From NCBI GenBank assembly GCA_963842525.1, contig CAWJGT010000024.1, forward strand, positions 128,001-192,000: a stretch of DNA of 64,000 bases, read 5' to 3'. A program made the position numbers and the translations under genes. The notes beneath the pieces are model-generated. The model made no database searches, was not told where the DNA came from, and saw only the letters and a list, made by a program, of their open reading frames with translations. Shown here piece by piece: positions 49,201-58,323 of this stretch (position 1 is the stretch's first letter; the number at the start of each line of letters is the position of its first letter). Origin of the DNA: an uncultured Holophagales bacterium. GTDB taxonomy: Bacteria > Acidobacteriota > Thermoanaerobaculia > Multivoradales > UBA5704.

Positions 49201-49565
49201 TCCGAAGAGGTCGAGGTGCGGCTGGTCGAGCACGAGGGGACCGCCACGCAGGGGGACCGCGAGCTGCTGGTGGCGCTCGACACCCATGTCACGCCGGATC
49301 TGATCGCCGAGGGGTGGGCGCGCGAGGTCGTGCACCGCTTGCAGACTGCGCGCAAAGAGGCCGACCTCGACTACGCGGACCGCATCAAGGTCGTCTATGC
49401 TGCCGCGCCCGAGCTGGAGCAGGCGATCGACGCCCATCGGGCCTGGATTGCCGGCGAGACCCTGGCGCTCGAGCTGGCGCCCCGCCGGGATGGGGATGCC
49501 GCGCCTCGCTCCAGGATGCGCCGGTCGAGGAGCTGCCGTTCGCCTTCGCCATCGAAAGAGCCTAG
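46266..49565 (+). CDS. ileS: Isoleucyl-tRNA synthetase, type 2 (frameshifts near 49155 and 49505)
   Basis: EGPPTAN..PHVGH, GWDTHGL, WTTTPWT, GTGLVH, DQTRGWF, KMSKR. The C-terminus continues in the 49126 frame. Confidence 0.95.
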   Translation: MSDSRFPDVPGGYPFPSLELQVLEEWQREHIFERSLEKPAPKGEFVFFEGPPTANNVPHVGHVVTRVIKDLFPRFRTMRGYHVARKAGWDTHGLAVEIEVEKRLGFSGKQQIEEYGIEKFNQACLESVRTYEQQWRAMTERVGYWLDLDRAYWTYSNTYIESVWWSLAELWKKGLLGEGYKIQPYCGRCGTTLSSHEVAQNYKDADDPSIWTLFHARPGQTLKTLEGETWEVGPQLELVAWTTTPWTTLANVGLAVHPDQIYRVIDHPAHLAAPGAQILLGDELSVPVPLVIEEEGKRKQIDLREQPALVRFRGRDLENLLYDRLFTFFAPDEPGRVVLGEYVTTTDGTGLVHTAPPFGEDDYQTGRRYGLPLLLTVDTAGRIAPGAGPFAGMWFKDADPEITKDLKSRGRMLHVDRYRHSYPFCWRCDRPLLYYATTSWFIWTTQQKEKLIAKNREVHWHPEHIGEGRFGNWLENVVDWALSRKRYWGTPLPIWRCDACPHTTVVGSYAELFAAAGRELPADPYDPQQFNPHRPYIDQVTWDCKECGKGTMRRVEEVIDAWFDSGAMPFAQHHYPFENRDLIDGRRQFPADYISEAVDQTRGWFYTLHVLGALLFDSVTYKNCIVLGHINDEQGRKMSKRLGNVVDPMQVIPETGADALRWYFCINNPTQTSRFSARLVREAAQRFLLPLWNALSFFTIYANLDGWRPAGPTAPLDFAKRPALDRWILLRLDRLAAEMTLNLDTYEPTGAARVIEEFLDDLTNWYIRRSRSRFWAPDGQEDHADKESAYRALYEVLTTVARLIAPFTPFVADVLHRHLVRSQDPAAAASVHLESWPEPATSQTSRKDEPLEKGMAAIQRIVRLGHAARNLHGLKTRQPLAAVTLVTADVALPGLVMPYADLLKDELNVREIRWAEDRTQYVHHEVRPVFPKTGPRFGKQMPEVKRALESADGDALAAELERCGEAHHPARGRSGRAVIRRGRGAAGRARGDRHAGGPRAAGGARHPCHAGSDRRGVGARGRAPLADCAQRGRPRLRGPHQGRLCCRARAGAGDRRPSGLDCRRDPGARAGAPPGWGCRASLQDAPVEELPFAFAIERA

Positions 49566-49580
49566 AACAGGGGATAGAAC

Positions 49581-50935
49581 ATGGCCGGAATCTTCAAAGC
49601 CTACGACGTGCGGGGAATCGTTCCCACCCAGGTCAACGAGGACATCGCGCGGCAGATCGGCCTCGCGTTCCACAACGTGCTGGACGAGGAGGACAAGGCG
49701 AACGGGAACACGGTGGTGGTGAGCCGCGACATGCGCTCGCACAGCGAGGGGCTCGCCAAGGCGCTGATTGAGGGGCTCACCGCTTCCGGCCTCGACGTGC
49801 TCGACATCGGGATGGTGACGACGCCGACGAATTATTTCGCCGTCGGCCACACCAAGGCGGCCGGAGGCGTCCAGGTCACGGCGAGCCACAACCCGGCGGA
49901 GTACAACGGCTTCAAGTTCAGCCGCCACGGGGCGCGTCCGGTCTCGGGCGACCACGGCATTCCGCTGATCGAGGAGAAGGTCCGCTCCGGCGACCTGCCG
50001 GTGGCCGAGAAGCCCGGCACGGTGACCCAGGGCGACATCTTCGAGGACTACGAGCGGCACGTCCTCTCCTTCCTGCGCAACGCGGCGAGCCGCCGCCTCA
50101 AGGTGGCGGTCGACGCCGCCAACGGCATGGGTACCCTTTACAAGCCGATCCTAGAAAAGATGGGAATCGATCTGATCCCCATGTATTTCGAGCTGGACGG
50201 CACCTTCCCGAACCACGAAGCCAATCCGCTCAAGGAGGAAAACCTTCACGATCTGATGCGGCTGGTGAAGGAGAGCGGCGCCGATCTCGGAGTGGCCTTC
50301 GACGGCGACGCCGACCGCGCGGCCTTCGTGGACGAGCAGGGCACGCCGATCGGGAGCGACCTGATGACCGCGCTCATCGGCGGCGAGCTGCTGTCGCGCG
50401 AGCCGGGCAAGGCGGTGCTCTTCGACCTGCGCTCGTCGCGGGCGGTGGCCGAATACATCGAGGAGAAGGGAGGCATCCCGGTCCGCGAGCGGGTGGGCCA
50501 TTCCTTCATGAAGGCGACGCTGCGCAAGCGGGACGGCATCTTCGGCGGCGAGCTGGCCGGCCACTACTACTTCCGCGACGCCTTCCATGCCGATTCGGCG
50601 AGCCTGGCCGTGGTGGAGGTCCTGAACGTTCTGCGCGAGACCGGCAAGAGCCTCTCCGAGCTGATCCAGCCCCTGCGGCGCTATGCCAAGAGCCCGGAGA
50701 TCAACTTCGTGGTCGAGGACAAACAGGGAAAGATCGACGGCTCGCCCGGCGCTATGCGGACGCACAGATCGACTATCTGGACGGCATCACTATCCAGTAC
50801 CCGGACTGGTGGGCCAACGTGCGCCCGTCGAACACCGAGCCCTACCTCCGTCTCGTGCTCGAAGCCCGTACACCCGAGGAGCTGGAGCGCCGCGAGCGTG
50901 AGCTGATCGAGATCCTGGGCGAGCCGGCCGAGTAG
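49581..50935 (+). CDS. Phosphomannomutase/phosphoglucomutase (frameshift near 50740)
   Basis: IFKAYDVRG, TASHNP, FDGDADR, GELAGH; RPSNTEP lies in the shifted frame ending at TAG 50935. Confidence 0.92.
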
Positions 50936-50953
50936 ACCTCGGTGTTTTCAGGC

Positions 50954-51211
50954 CTACCTCCGTCGCCCGCGGATCATCCGCCAGATGACGAGGAGCACCA
51001 CCGAGCCGATGATGGCGATGAACAGGCTCCGCCAGTCGAAGCCCGACAGGCCTCCGAAGCCCAGGGCCGTCGCAAGGAAGCCGCCGAGCAGGGCGCCGAC
51101 GATGCCGATGATCATGGTAATGATGCAGCCGCCCGGGTCCTTGCCAGGCATGAGCGCCTTGGCGATGGCGCCCGCGATCAGGCCGAGCACGATCCACGCG
51201 ATGATCCCCAT
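50954..51211 (-). CDS. GlsB/YeaQ/YmgE transglycosylase-associated membrane protein
   Basis: MGIIAWIVLGLIAGAIAKALMPG..PGG....IGIVGALLGG. Confidence 0.9.
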   Translation of the reverse strand: MGIIAWIVLGLIAGAIAKALMPGKDPGGCIITMIIGIVGALLGGFLATALGFGGLSGFDWRSLFIAIIGSVVLLVIWRMIRGRRR

Positions 51212-51284
51212 TCCTTCCATCTCACTCTCCTTTTTTCGCGCAGCCGGAAACTACTGGCTTGGCGGTGGAATGTGCGAGAGCCGT

Positions 51285-51340
51285 GCCAGGAGGCCGACAG
51301 CCGTGAGCCCGAGATGGCGGACGAGGTCGAGCCGTTTCAC
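51285..51340 (-). pseudogene. HicA toxin 5' remnant
   Basis: GTGA-coupled start MKRLDLVRHL, a frameshift, AHGCR, then no further similarity. End approximate. Confidence 0.6.
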
Positions 51341-51555
51341 GAGGCGAGGAGCAGTGGCTCGCGGATGAAGTCCTGCCCGCGGATCGACTCTTCAGAGCTC
51401 CGGTTTGCTTCCAGGACGAGGGCGATCGCCTCCTTGAGGTTCTCCCGGGCCTCCTCCAGGGTGGCGCCTTGCGTATTGGCCCCGGGAAGCTCCTCAACGA
51501 AACCGATGTACCCCTCGGGGACTTTCTTGAAGACTGCGGTCAGCTTCAGGCTCAT
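51337..51555 (-). CDS. hicB: HicB-family antitoxin
   Basis: YIGFVEELPGANTQGATLEEARENLKEAI. Confidence 0.88.
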   Translation of the reverse strand: MSLKLTAVFKKVPEGYIGFVEELPGANTQGATLEEARENLKEAIALVLEANRSSEESIRGQDFIREPLLLAS

Positions 51556-51650
51556 GCCGGTCAGCATACCAGGATTACCTGGCCTGCTACGCTGTTGTCA
51601 CCTGTCTCCCTGACATAGGACGAGGCCCGGAGCCCGGACGCCGAGGGATG

Positions 51651-52064
51651 TCATGCAAAGGGATTGACGACCTCCAGCCCGTCGATCCTGCGGCCGGCCT
51701 GCAGGTCTTCCGAGTAAAGAACCGAGCATCTGGCCCGGAGGGCGCAGCGCACGATGAGTGCATCCCAGAAGGAGATCTGGTGCAACCGGTGAAGGTCGAT
51801 GGCTGCCAGGATGTCTTCGAGCCCGACCAGAACGAGGTCAAAGCGCGAAAACAGCTCCACCTTTCGGCGGGCGACCTCGGCAGGGACCCGCAGCTTGCGG
51901 GTCGCTGCGGCAAAGTATTCCTGGAGGACCTGGCTGGAAAGGACGCCCTTCCGTTCCCTCTGACACTGTCTTACGAGGTCCAGGGCGGTCGCGAGCTTCT
52001 CCGGAGCCCTCGCATCGTCGGTATAGACCAGGATGTTGCTGTCGAGGAAGCTACGGCCGCTCAT
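51651..52064 (-). CDS. PIN-domain (VapC-like) toxin
   Basis: FLDSNILVY, SSQVLQEY, SFWDALIV, LYSEDL. Confidence 0.9.
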   Translation of the reverse strand: MSGRSFLDSNILVYTDDARAPEKLATALDLVRQCQRERKGVLSSQVLQEYFAAATRKLRVPAEVARRKVELFSRFDLVLVGLEDILAAIDLHRLHQISFWDALIVRCALRARCSVLYSEDLQAGRRIDGLEVVNPFA

Positions 52065-52271
52065 GGATCTCTTCGCGGTTGAACTTCCAGCCCCTCGAAT
52101 CTCCCATTCCCGAGAGGCGCCGTAGCTCTTCGATCTCGCCTCCACGGAAGACTGGGACGTGATCTCCGTCAGGTACTCCCGGATGAGCTGGTTCAGGCTG
52201 GTTCCCATGCTCTCCGCAACCTTCCGTGCTTCCTCAACAAGACGCTCATCGATGGAGAGGGTGAGGTTCAT
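52051..52271 (-). CDS. RHH antitoxin (DUF6364-like), frameshift near 52137
   Basis: MNLTLSIDE.LVEEAR..A...GTSLNQLIREYL; the natural end WKFNREEIHERP* is in a shifted frame. Confidence 0.75.
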
Positions 52272-52386
52272 GGCGTCCTCCTGACTCCACATATTACGTG
52301 TGCCCGCGGCCTGGTAGCAACTCCGGGGAGGCCGGCGTGGGCTCATCAGGAGGTAAGGAAGGAGGAACGGCTAGAATGTCCCGGCC

Positions 52387-52555
52387 ATGACCGTTGCGAC
52401 CACCGACACCGCGCGCCCCCGCCTTTTCCTCATTGACGGCTACTCCAATATCTTCCGGGCCTTCTACGCGATCCGGAACCTGTCCAGCTCGAAGGGGGAG
52501 CCGACCAACGCCGTCTATGGCTTCATCACCATGCTGCGCAAGCTTTTGCGCGAGG
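52387..52555 (+). pseudogene. Duplicated 5' fragment of polA (codons 1-56)
   Basis: 169-nt direct repeat of 58324-58492 with 7 mismatches; upstream TAGAAT also shared. Confidence 0.9.
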
Positions 52556-52809
52556 GCCGCGGAATCGATGAAGTCGAGGGGCGCCGGCGTCTCGGCGGCG
52601 CTGCGTCCTTCGACGCGCGTGCCCGTGACGGTGATCTCCTCCTGGAACCTCCGTTCCTCTTGCAGCTTGTCCTCTGCCGGGGGCGCTTCCTCCCGGGCCG
52701 GCTCGGGCTCTTGCGCGCGGGCCATTGACGGCCCGGCGCAGAGCGATCCGAGGGTCAACACCATAATCCCGAGCCATTTCACCGGCTGGACGTTGCAGGA
52801 GCTGATCAT
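52556..52809 (-). pseudogene. 5' fragment of a TonB-dependent receptor
   Basis: Signal peptide, TonB-box-like EEITVTGTR, RSAAETPAPLDFI; cut at the polA fragment. Confidence 0.75.
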
Positions 52810-52870
52810 ATCCTGGAGGTCCTCCCTGGAATGCGGACCGGCGGGGATTCGCCGCGCGAGATCACGAGTC

Positions 52871-55504
52871 TCACTTCAACCCTTCCGCGAGAAAAAGCCT
52901 GGAGAGTGTGCGCGTCGCCGCGTATACGCAAGTCTGGCCGTCGGGCGTCAGCACGACTCGCTGGATGTTGAGCCCGGCGGGATCCGCGGACCGAATGTCC
53001 CTCCAGCGCTGCCGCTCACCCGTTGTGACATCCACCCGGTAGACCTTCGAGAGCAAGGCCGATTGCGAGTCCGCCGACCGCAGGACGGTGAACAGGGCCT
53101 TCCCTTCGGCATCCCAGCGGATGAACCATTCCCCGCGTTCGTAAGGGATCTCGCGGGGAGGGCCTCCGGCGACAGAAAAGAGCGCAGCCGATTCGTCGTT
53201 CCATGCCACCACGTGTTTGCCGTCAGGCGAGACCGGAGTCTTGATGACGGCACAGCCGAAGCCCTCGGGAGTGATCGCACGCGGAGCGCCCCGGGCCGGA
53301 TCGAACACCCAGCAGCGTAGCGGCTTGCCGGGCTCGAGCGCCGTGAGAGCGAGCCGGCCGCCGTCCGGAAACCAGCCCGCCGCGAATACCCGCAGCGGGA
53401 GGTCGAAAGAGCGTGCCTGGCCCGTCCCGACGGGGAGCAGGAGGAGCCGGGTCGGCAGGCCATAGACGAGCGACGCGACCCACTGTCCATCCGGCGAGAT
53501 CGCCTGGGGACGTCCTTCGCCGAGCCGGATGGCGGAAGTCCCGTCGAGGTCGCGCAGGTAGACCGAAGTGCTCGGCCCGCTCCCCTCACCCCGGTGTGAG
53601 AAAAGCAGTGTCTTGCCGTCGTCCGAGATGTCCACGGGGAACGACCTGCTGAGCCAGGACAGGTCTCGCTCCCGCGCCTCTCCAGGCAGCACCACTGCAG
53701 TCAGGTCGCTCGCGTCTTGTCGGGCCAGAAGGGCCCGGCCGTCCGGGGAGACATCGAGAAGCGCAATATCCACCGGGATGGGCAGGAGGGTCCGTTCGTG
53801 TCCCTCGAGGTCGACCGCGGACAGCGTGGTGTTCCAGTCCCGGCTCCCCGTGATCCAGATCTCGTCGCCGGACGGGGACCAGGCGAGCCCCCGCAGCGTG
53901 CTCCAGCCTTTCGACAGCGTCGTGACCTTGCCCGTCTCCAACTCCACGACGGAGACCGAGCCGCTCCAGTCCACGGGCGGGTGCTCGATGAAGGCGATCC
54001 GCTTGCCGTCGCGCGAGAAACGAAGGCGGCTGATAGGGCCGCTGGCCCGGTGGAGGACCTGCCCCATCGGGAATTCCAGCCGATCGTCTCCCGTCACCAG
54101 AGCCAGTTGGGAACCGTCCGGCGTCCAGTCGGCCTCCAGGACCCTTTCCTGGAGCCTTCGGGCCCCCCCGCCGAGCAGCGGAGCCCGGGCAAGGGTGCCG
54201 ATCCCGAAGTTGTAGAAATTGGCCATGCTGTGATCGAGGGAGATCGCGAGCTCGCCCGTGGACGAGACCGCGAGGAGGTCGGCCGGCGGCAGCTCGATCG
54301 GGCTCGACAGGAGACTTCCGGGCCGGGTGAGGAAGAGACGGAAGGGAGCGCCGTTCCACGACGCACCGAAGAGGAACGTCTGCCCGTCCGGGGCGAATCT
54401 TGCCCGCTGGATGAGCCCGCGCTCGTAGGTCAGGAGCTTGAAGGTCGGGACGACTTCCTCTCGGGAAGGAAAGAACGCAAGATCGGTCTGCCGCGTCACG
54501 GCGAGACCGGTGAGAAACGCGAGCCCGATCACCGCGGTGAGGGCCGCAGCCCGGGAGAGCTGCTTCCAAGGCAGCCGGAACCGGCGGGCCACGGAAGGCC
54601 TCGGCTCTCCAGCCTCGGGAACAACCCGCGGTATCGCGACCAGCGTCGTCCCCGTGGCGGCCAGCCGCCCGGAAGAGGAGCGCTGGAGAGCCCGCAGATC
54701 CACCGGGATTTCGTCCACGTGCTGGTACCGGTCGGCTGGATCCTTGGCCATGGCCTTGGCCACGATCCGCGCGAGCTCCACCGGCGTCTCCGGACGTACT
54801 TCCGTCAACGGCTTGGGCGTCCGGTGCAGGATCCCATGGGTGACGGACCCCTCGTCGGTCCCGAAGGGAGGACGGCCGGTGACCATCTCGTAGAGGACCA
54901 CCCCGAGCGACCAGATATCGGTCCGGTAGTCGATGGATTCTCCCAGGATCTGCTCGGGCGACATGTAGGCCGCGGTGCCGACCGTCCGCCCGGACCGCGT
55001 CAGCCGGGCCTCATTGGCGAGCTTGGCGACCCCGAAGTCCACGATCTTGACCTGGCCGTCCCGGTTGACAATCAGATTGGCCGGCTTGATGTCGCGATGG
55101 ATGACACCCTGGGCATGGGCGCGGGCGAGCCCGGCGGAGATCTGGATCGTGTAGTCGATGACCTCTGCGATCCGCAGGGGCCCGCGTTGGATCTTCTCCC
55201 GGAGGGTCTCGCCCTCGCAGTAGGCCATGGCAAAGAAGATCTCGCCATCCCCGGTCTCGTCGATCTCGTAGACCGTGCAGATGTTGGGGTGGTCGAGAGA
55301 GGATCCGGCCTGGGCTTCGTAGAGGAAGCGCTGGCGGGCCTCCTCACCATCGTGGTGGGTGGGGAGGAACTTGAGCGCGGCGATGCGCCCGAGCCGCAGG
55401 TCGCGGGCTTTGTAAACCACGCCCATCCCCCCGCCTCCGATCTTCTCGAGAATCTCGTAGTGGGAGACGGTCCGCCCAACCCACGGGTGCGCTAGATCGG
55501 CCAT
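52871..55504 (-). CDS. Hanks-type Ser/Thr kinase with TM segment and TolB/PD40-like beta-propeller
   Basis: GGGGMGVVY, HRDIKPAN, DFG, GTAAYMSPEQ; repeated SPDG blades. Confidence 0.92.
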   Translation of the reverse strand: MADLAHPWVGRTVSHYEILEKIGGGGMGVVYKARDLRLGRIAALKFLPTHHDGEEARQRFLYEAQAGSSLDHPNICTVYEIDETGDGEIFFAMAYCEGETLREKIQRGPLRIAEVIDYTIQISAGLARAHAQGVIHRDIKPANLIVNRDGQVKIVDFGVAKLANEARLTRSGRTVGTAAYMSPEQILGESIDYRTDIWSLGVVLYEMVTGRPPFGTDEGSVTHGILHRTPKPLTEVRPETPVELARIVAKAMAKDPADRYQHVDEIPVDLRALQRSSSGRLAATGTTLVAIPRVVPEAGEPRPSVARRFRLPWKQLSRAAALTAVIGLAFLTGLAVTRQTDLAFFPSREEVVPTFKLLTYERGLIQRARFAPDGQTFLFGASWNGAPFRLFLTRPGSLLSSPIELPPADLLAVSSTGELAISLDHSMANFYNFGIGTLARAPLLGGGARRLQERVLEADWTPDGSQLALVTGDDRLEFPMGQVLHRASGPISRLRFSRDGKRIAFIEHPPVDWSGSVSVVELETGKVTTLSKGWSTLRGLAWSPSGDEIWITGSRDWNTTLSAVDLEGHERTLLPIPVDIALLDVSPDGRALLARQDASDLTAVVLPGEARERDLSWLSRSFPVDISDDGKTLLFSHRGEGSGPSTSVYLRDLDGTSAIRLGEGRPQAISPDGQWVASLVYGLPTRLLLLPVGTGQARSFDLPLRVFAAGWFPDGGRLALTALEPGKPLRCWVFDPARGAPRAITPEGFGCAVIKTPVSPDGKHVVAWNDESAALFSVAGGPPREIPYERGEWFIRWDAEGKALFTVLRSADSQSALLSKVYRVDVTTGERQRWRDIRSADPAGLNIQRVVLTPDGQTCVYAATRTLSRLFLAEGLK

Positions 55505-55669
55505 TGCCTCAACGATGACGTAAAACCTGGATGGCGCAAGCCTAGCAGAAATGCAAAGCCAATGGCAGATGCCCCCCAACCCCCCGCAGCCGGTCGCGAA
55601 CGGCCCTTCGCAAGGGAGAGGTGTAGGCGGCCGCTCCCGAATGCGAGCCCCGCCAGGTCCCGGCCCGTC

Positions 55670-56950
55670 TCAGGAGACGGGAAAGGGCTCAGGGCGGGTG
55701 ACCCATTCCGGCAGGGCGTTCCCGTCGAGCCAGTCGGGCACGCGCTTGAACGCCGGCAGGGTCTGCAGGACGAAGTCGTAGAGCATCAGGAAGTGGGCGC
55801 CCATGATGTTGGTGATCAGCCGCTTGCGCGTGATCGCGAGCTCGCTGCCTGCAAGGCCGAGCGTCGCGAGATTTGCGAGGTCGATGAAGAGGAAACTCGG
55901 GTCCGGCTGGACGTAGCTGAAAGGCGAGCTGTCGTAGGCCCGGATCAGGGGCTCCCCCAGACGCGAAGCCATGCCGGCGGTCACACGATCAGCCGCATTG
56001 AGCAGGAGGCGGGAGAGGCTGGATTCCTGGATCAGGATCCGCTGGGGCATGTTGGCGCAGAAGGCCATCTTCACCCACGCCTCGCCGTTCTCAAGCACCC
56101 GGAAATGGATGCACTCGAAGGCCGAGACCAGCTTTTCCGGCCCGTACGCCCAGACGCTGTCGAGCTCCGGATTACGGATGAAGGTGTAGCCGTAGCCGTA
56201 CTCGCCGAGGACGCCGGGCGACGGATTGTCCCGATGGCCGCAGAGGTCCTCATGGAAGACCACATAGACGTCCTCGCGGACCGGGATGTAGAGCTCGAGA
56301 CCCTGGAAACCGCCAACCTGCGCCTTCAGGCCGAAGTCGAAGATCTGCACGTTGCCGAGGACCCACTCATAGCGAGTCCCCATGTCCGCCAGATCGAACA
56401 TGCGGTAGCGCTCCTCGGCGGGGAAGCGCCCGATGCGGCCGGAGCCCTTTTCCTTGTACAGGAACTGCCGATAGCCGAACCCGGTCCGCTGCCGGTTCGG
56501 GTCCGGACAGAAGCTGAGGTTGCGGAGCCAATCCGGCTGCGGCCTCGACGCACCGCGAGGCACGTAGACCTGCTGCGCCTGCCGCGAGCAGATACGCAGG
56601 AAATGGCGCAGCACGAACTCGCGGACCTGATCGCGCATCCATGCCGCGGCCTGCGCCGCCGAGCCCTGCCGCGGCTTGGACCGGTCGTAGAACATGTCCT
56701 GGACCACGCCCGCAACGGGCAGGATGCCGCGTGCGAGGGGTACCTGGTCATAGAAGCCGAAGTTGGTGTCCGGGCCGTCCGGCTGCCGCATCAGCGCATA
56801 CTTGTCCGCATAGCGGCCCGTGGCGTCGACGTTCTGCCACCAGCGGAAGATCTGCAACCCGTCAGACAGCGAGGAGTGGAGGTGTGCCAGTACCTTCCGC
56901 TCGACGTCGGCGTCCAGGTCTAGACGTTCAATCGGCCGGCTCGCACCCAT
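55670..56950 (-). CDS. Hypothetical protein (paralog B)
   Basis: 426-aa ORF with coding-like codon use, similar along its length to 56920-58251. Confidence 0.75.
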   Translation of the reverse strand: MGASRPIERLDLDADVERKVLAHLHSSLSDGLQIFRWWQNVDATGRYADKYALMRQPDGPDTNFGFYDQVPLARGILPVAGVVQDMFYDRSKPRQGSAAQAAAWMRDQVREFVLRHFLRICSRQAQQVYVPRGASRPQPDWLRNLSFCPDPNRQRTGFGYRQFLYKEKGSGRIGRFPAEERYRMFDLADMGTRYEWVLGNVQIFDFGLKAQVGGFQGLELYIPVREDVYVVFHEDLCGHRDNPSPGVLGEYGYGYTFIRNPELDSVWAYGPEKLVSAFECIHFRVLENGEAWVKMAFCANMPQRILIQESSLSRLLLNAADRVTAGMASRLGEPLIRAYDSSPFSYVQPDPSFLFIDLANLATLGLAGSELAITRKRLITNIMGAHFLMLYDFVLQTLPAFKRVPDWLDGNALPEWVTRPEPFPVS

Positions 56951-58251
56951 TCTGGAATCGCCTCCCGATCCAGCCAGTCAGGGACCCGGCTCCAGGTCTG
57001 GAGCGCGGCCATCATCTCTTCGTAGATCACGGTGCAGTGGAGGTACAGCGCGTCGACGTAGATCGACTCCCGCGAGAGGCACAGCTCCCGCTCTGTCCAG
57101 CCGCCGGTCATCCGGTTCAGGGCGTCGATGCCGGTAAAGACCGGATCGAAGCCCAGGCTCCCCCCGGGCAGCCGGCGTACGGTCCGCTCCAGCGGGCGGA
57201 TGAGCGGGTCGGCCATGCCCAGGGTGAACAAGCTCGTGAGACCGAGACCCCAGAGGAGCGGATTCAAGGGTACGTCGAAGATCCTGGCCGGTTGGGGGAT
57301 GACAAAGATCGAGCGGCCAATGACCTTGCCGCTGCGGTCGACGTTGAACTGCACGGCATCGAAGGCGGGTTCGACCTTGTCCGGACCGAACGCGAGAACT
57401 CCGCTGCCCGGATGGGCCAGGAAGCAGTACCCCGGGCCGTAGCTCCCCAGCAAGTGCGGCGCAGGGTCGTCCTGATTGACGATGAGGTCCTTGGTCAGGA
57501 TTACGTAGGGCTGGTCGCTGGAATAGCCGATGAGCTGAGGTCCGTCCGGTCCGAAGGGCTTCAGGCCCACCTGCTCGTAGAAGTCGAGCTGCAGCACGAC
57601 CCACTCGTACTTCGTCCCCACCGCGCGCACGTCGACGATCCGATTCCGGTCCTCGGCCGGGAACATACCGACCTCGCCGCTGTCCTGGAGCTTGTAGTAG
57701 AGCTGCCGGGCGCCGAAGCCGGCGATGTCGAGGCCCCGCGTCGGCCAGAAGCTGAGATTGCGCAGCAGCTCAGGCAGGTTGGGCTCGCTCAGGTCGGGAT
57801 ACAACTGCGGCTGAGCGATCTTCATCACCCGGTGGTAGTAATGGAGGGCGAATTCGCGGATCTGGTCGCGCATCCAGAGAGCCGCGGCGGCCGCGTCTTC
57901 CCCCGGCCGGATCCTCGGCTGGTCGAAGAAGATCTCCTGGACGACACCCATCACCGCCAGCGGATTGCCATCCACGGGCGCGACATCAAAAAAGGCGTAG
58001 ATGCCGCCCTCTCCCTGGTGGGAGGGGATCAGGTCGAACCGCCGGGCATAGGACTGGCGGGCGTCCGCGTTTCTCCACCAATCCCAAAGCTGAGTACCCT
58101 GCCGAATCGCCGTCTCGACCCGGTCCAGGATCCGGTAATCCTGCGCTCGGAAAGCAGGCTGCTCGATGGTGGATCGCAACTCAGTGTAGGGTACCACGCG
58201 CGAGAAGCTAACGCGATCCTCGCCGGACCGTGAATAGCCCGCCCGATTCAT
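56920..58251 (-). CDS. Hypothetical protein (paralog A)
   Basis: SD GGAGG; shares WMRDQ.REF.L, GFG.RQ..YK, FPAE.R, YEWV with the neighbour. Confidence 0.75.
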   Translation of the reverse strand: MNRAGYSRSGEDRVSFSRVVPYTELRSTIEQPAFRAQDYRILDRVETAIRQGTQLWDWWRNADARQSYARRFDLIPSHQGEGGIYAFFDVAPVDGNPLAVMGVVQEIFFDQPRIRPGEDAAAAALWMRDQIREFALHYYHRVMKIAQPQLYPDLSEPNLPELLRNLSFWPTRGLDIAGFGARQLYYKLQDSGEVGMFPAEDRNRIVDVRAVGTKYEWVVLQLDFYEQVGLKPFGPDGPQLIGYSSDQPYVILTKDLIVNQDDPAPHLLGSYGPGYCFLAHPGSGVLAFGPDKVEPAFDAVQFNVDRSGKVIGRSIFVIPQPARIFDVPLNPLLWGLGLTSLFTLGMADPLIRPLERTVRRLPGGSLGFDPVFTGIDALNRMTGGWTERELCLSRESIYVDALYLHCTVIYEEMMAALQTWSRVPDWLDREAIPEWVRAGRLNV

Positions 58252-58323
58252 TTTGGAATCCTCCCAGAGTCAAAAAAGCTCCAGGGGAGACCAGGGCCGG
58301 GGAACGCATAGAATGACCCCGCC

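Noticed and set aside
46266-49565. Type 2 ileS as a self-resistance gene for the adjacent operon
   Set aside because: It lies in a housekeeping context with PMM and has genome-typical codon use; nothing indicates a second copy.
8477-52137. About ten single-base frameshifts as programmed frameshifting or mass pseudogenisation
   Set aside because: They hit essential ileS and PMM, I saw no consistent slippery motif, and both sides remain conserved. Long-read indel errors are more likely.
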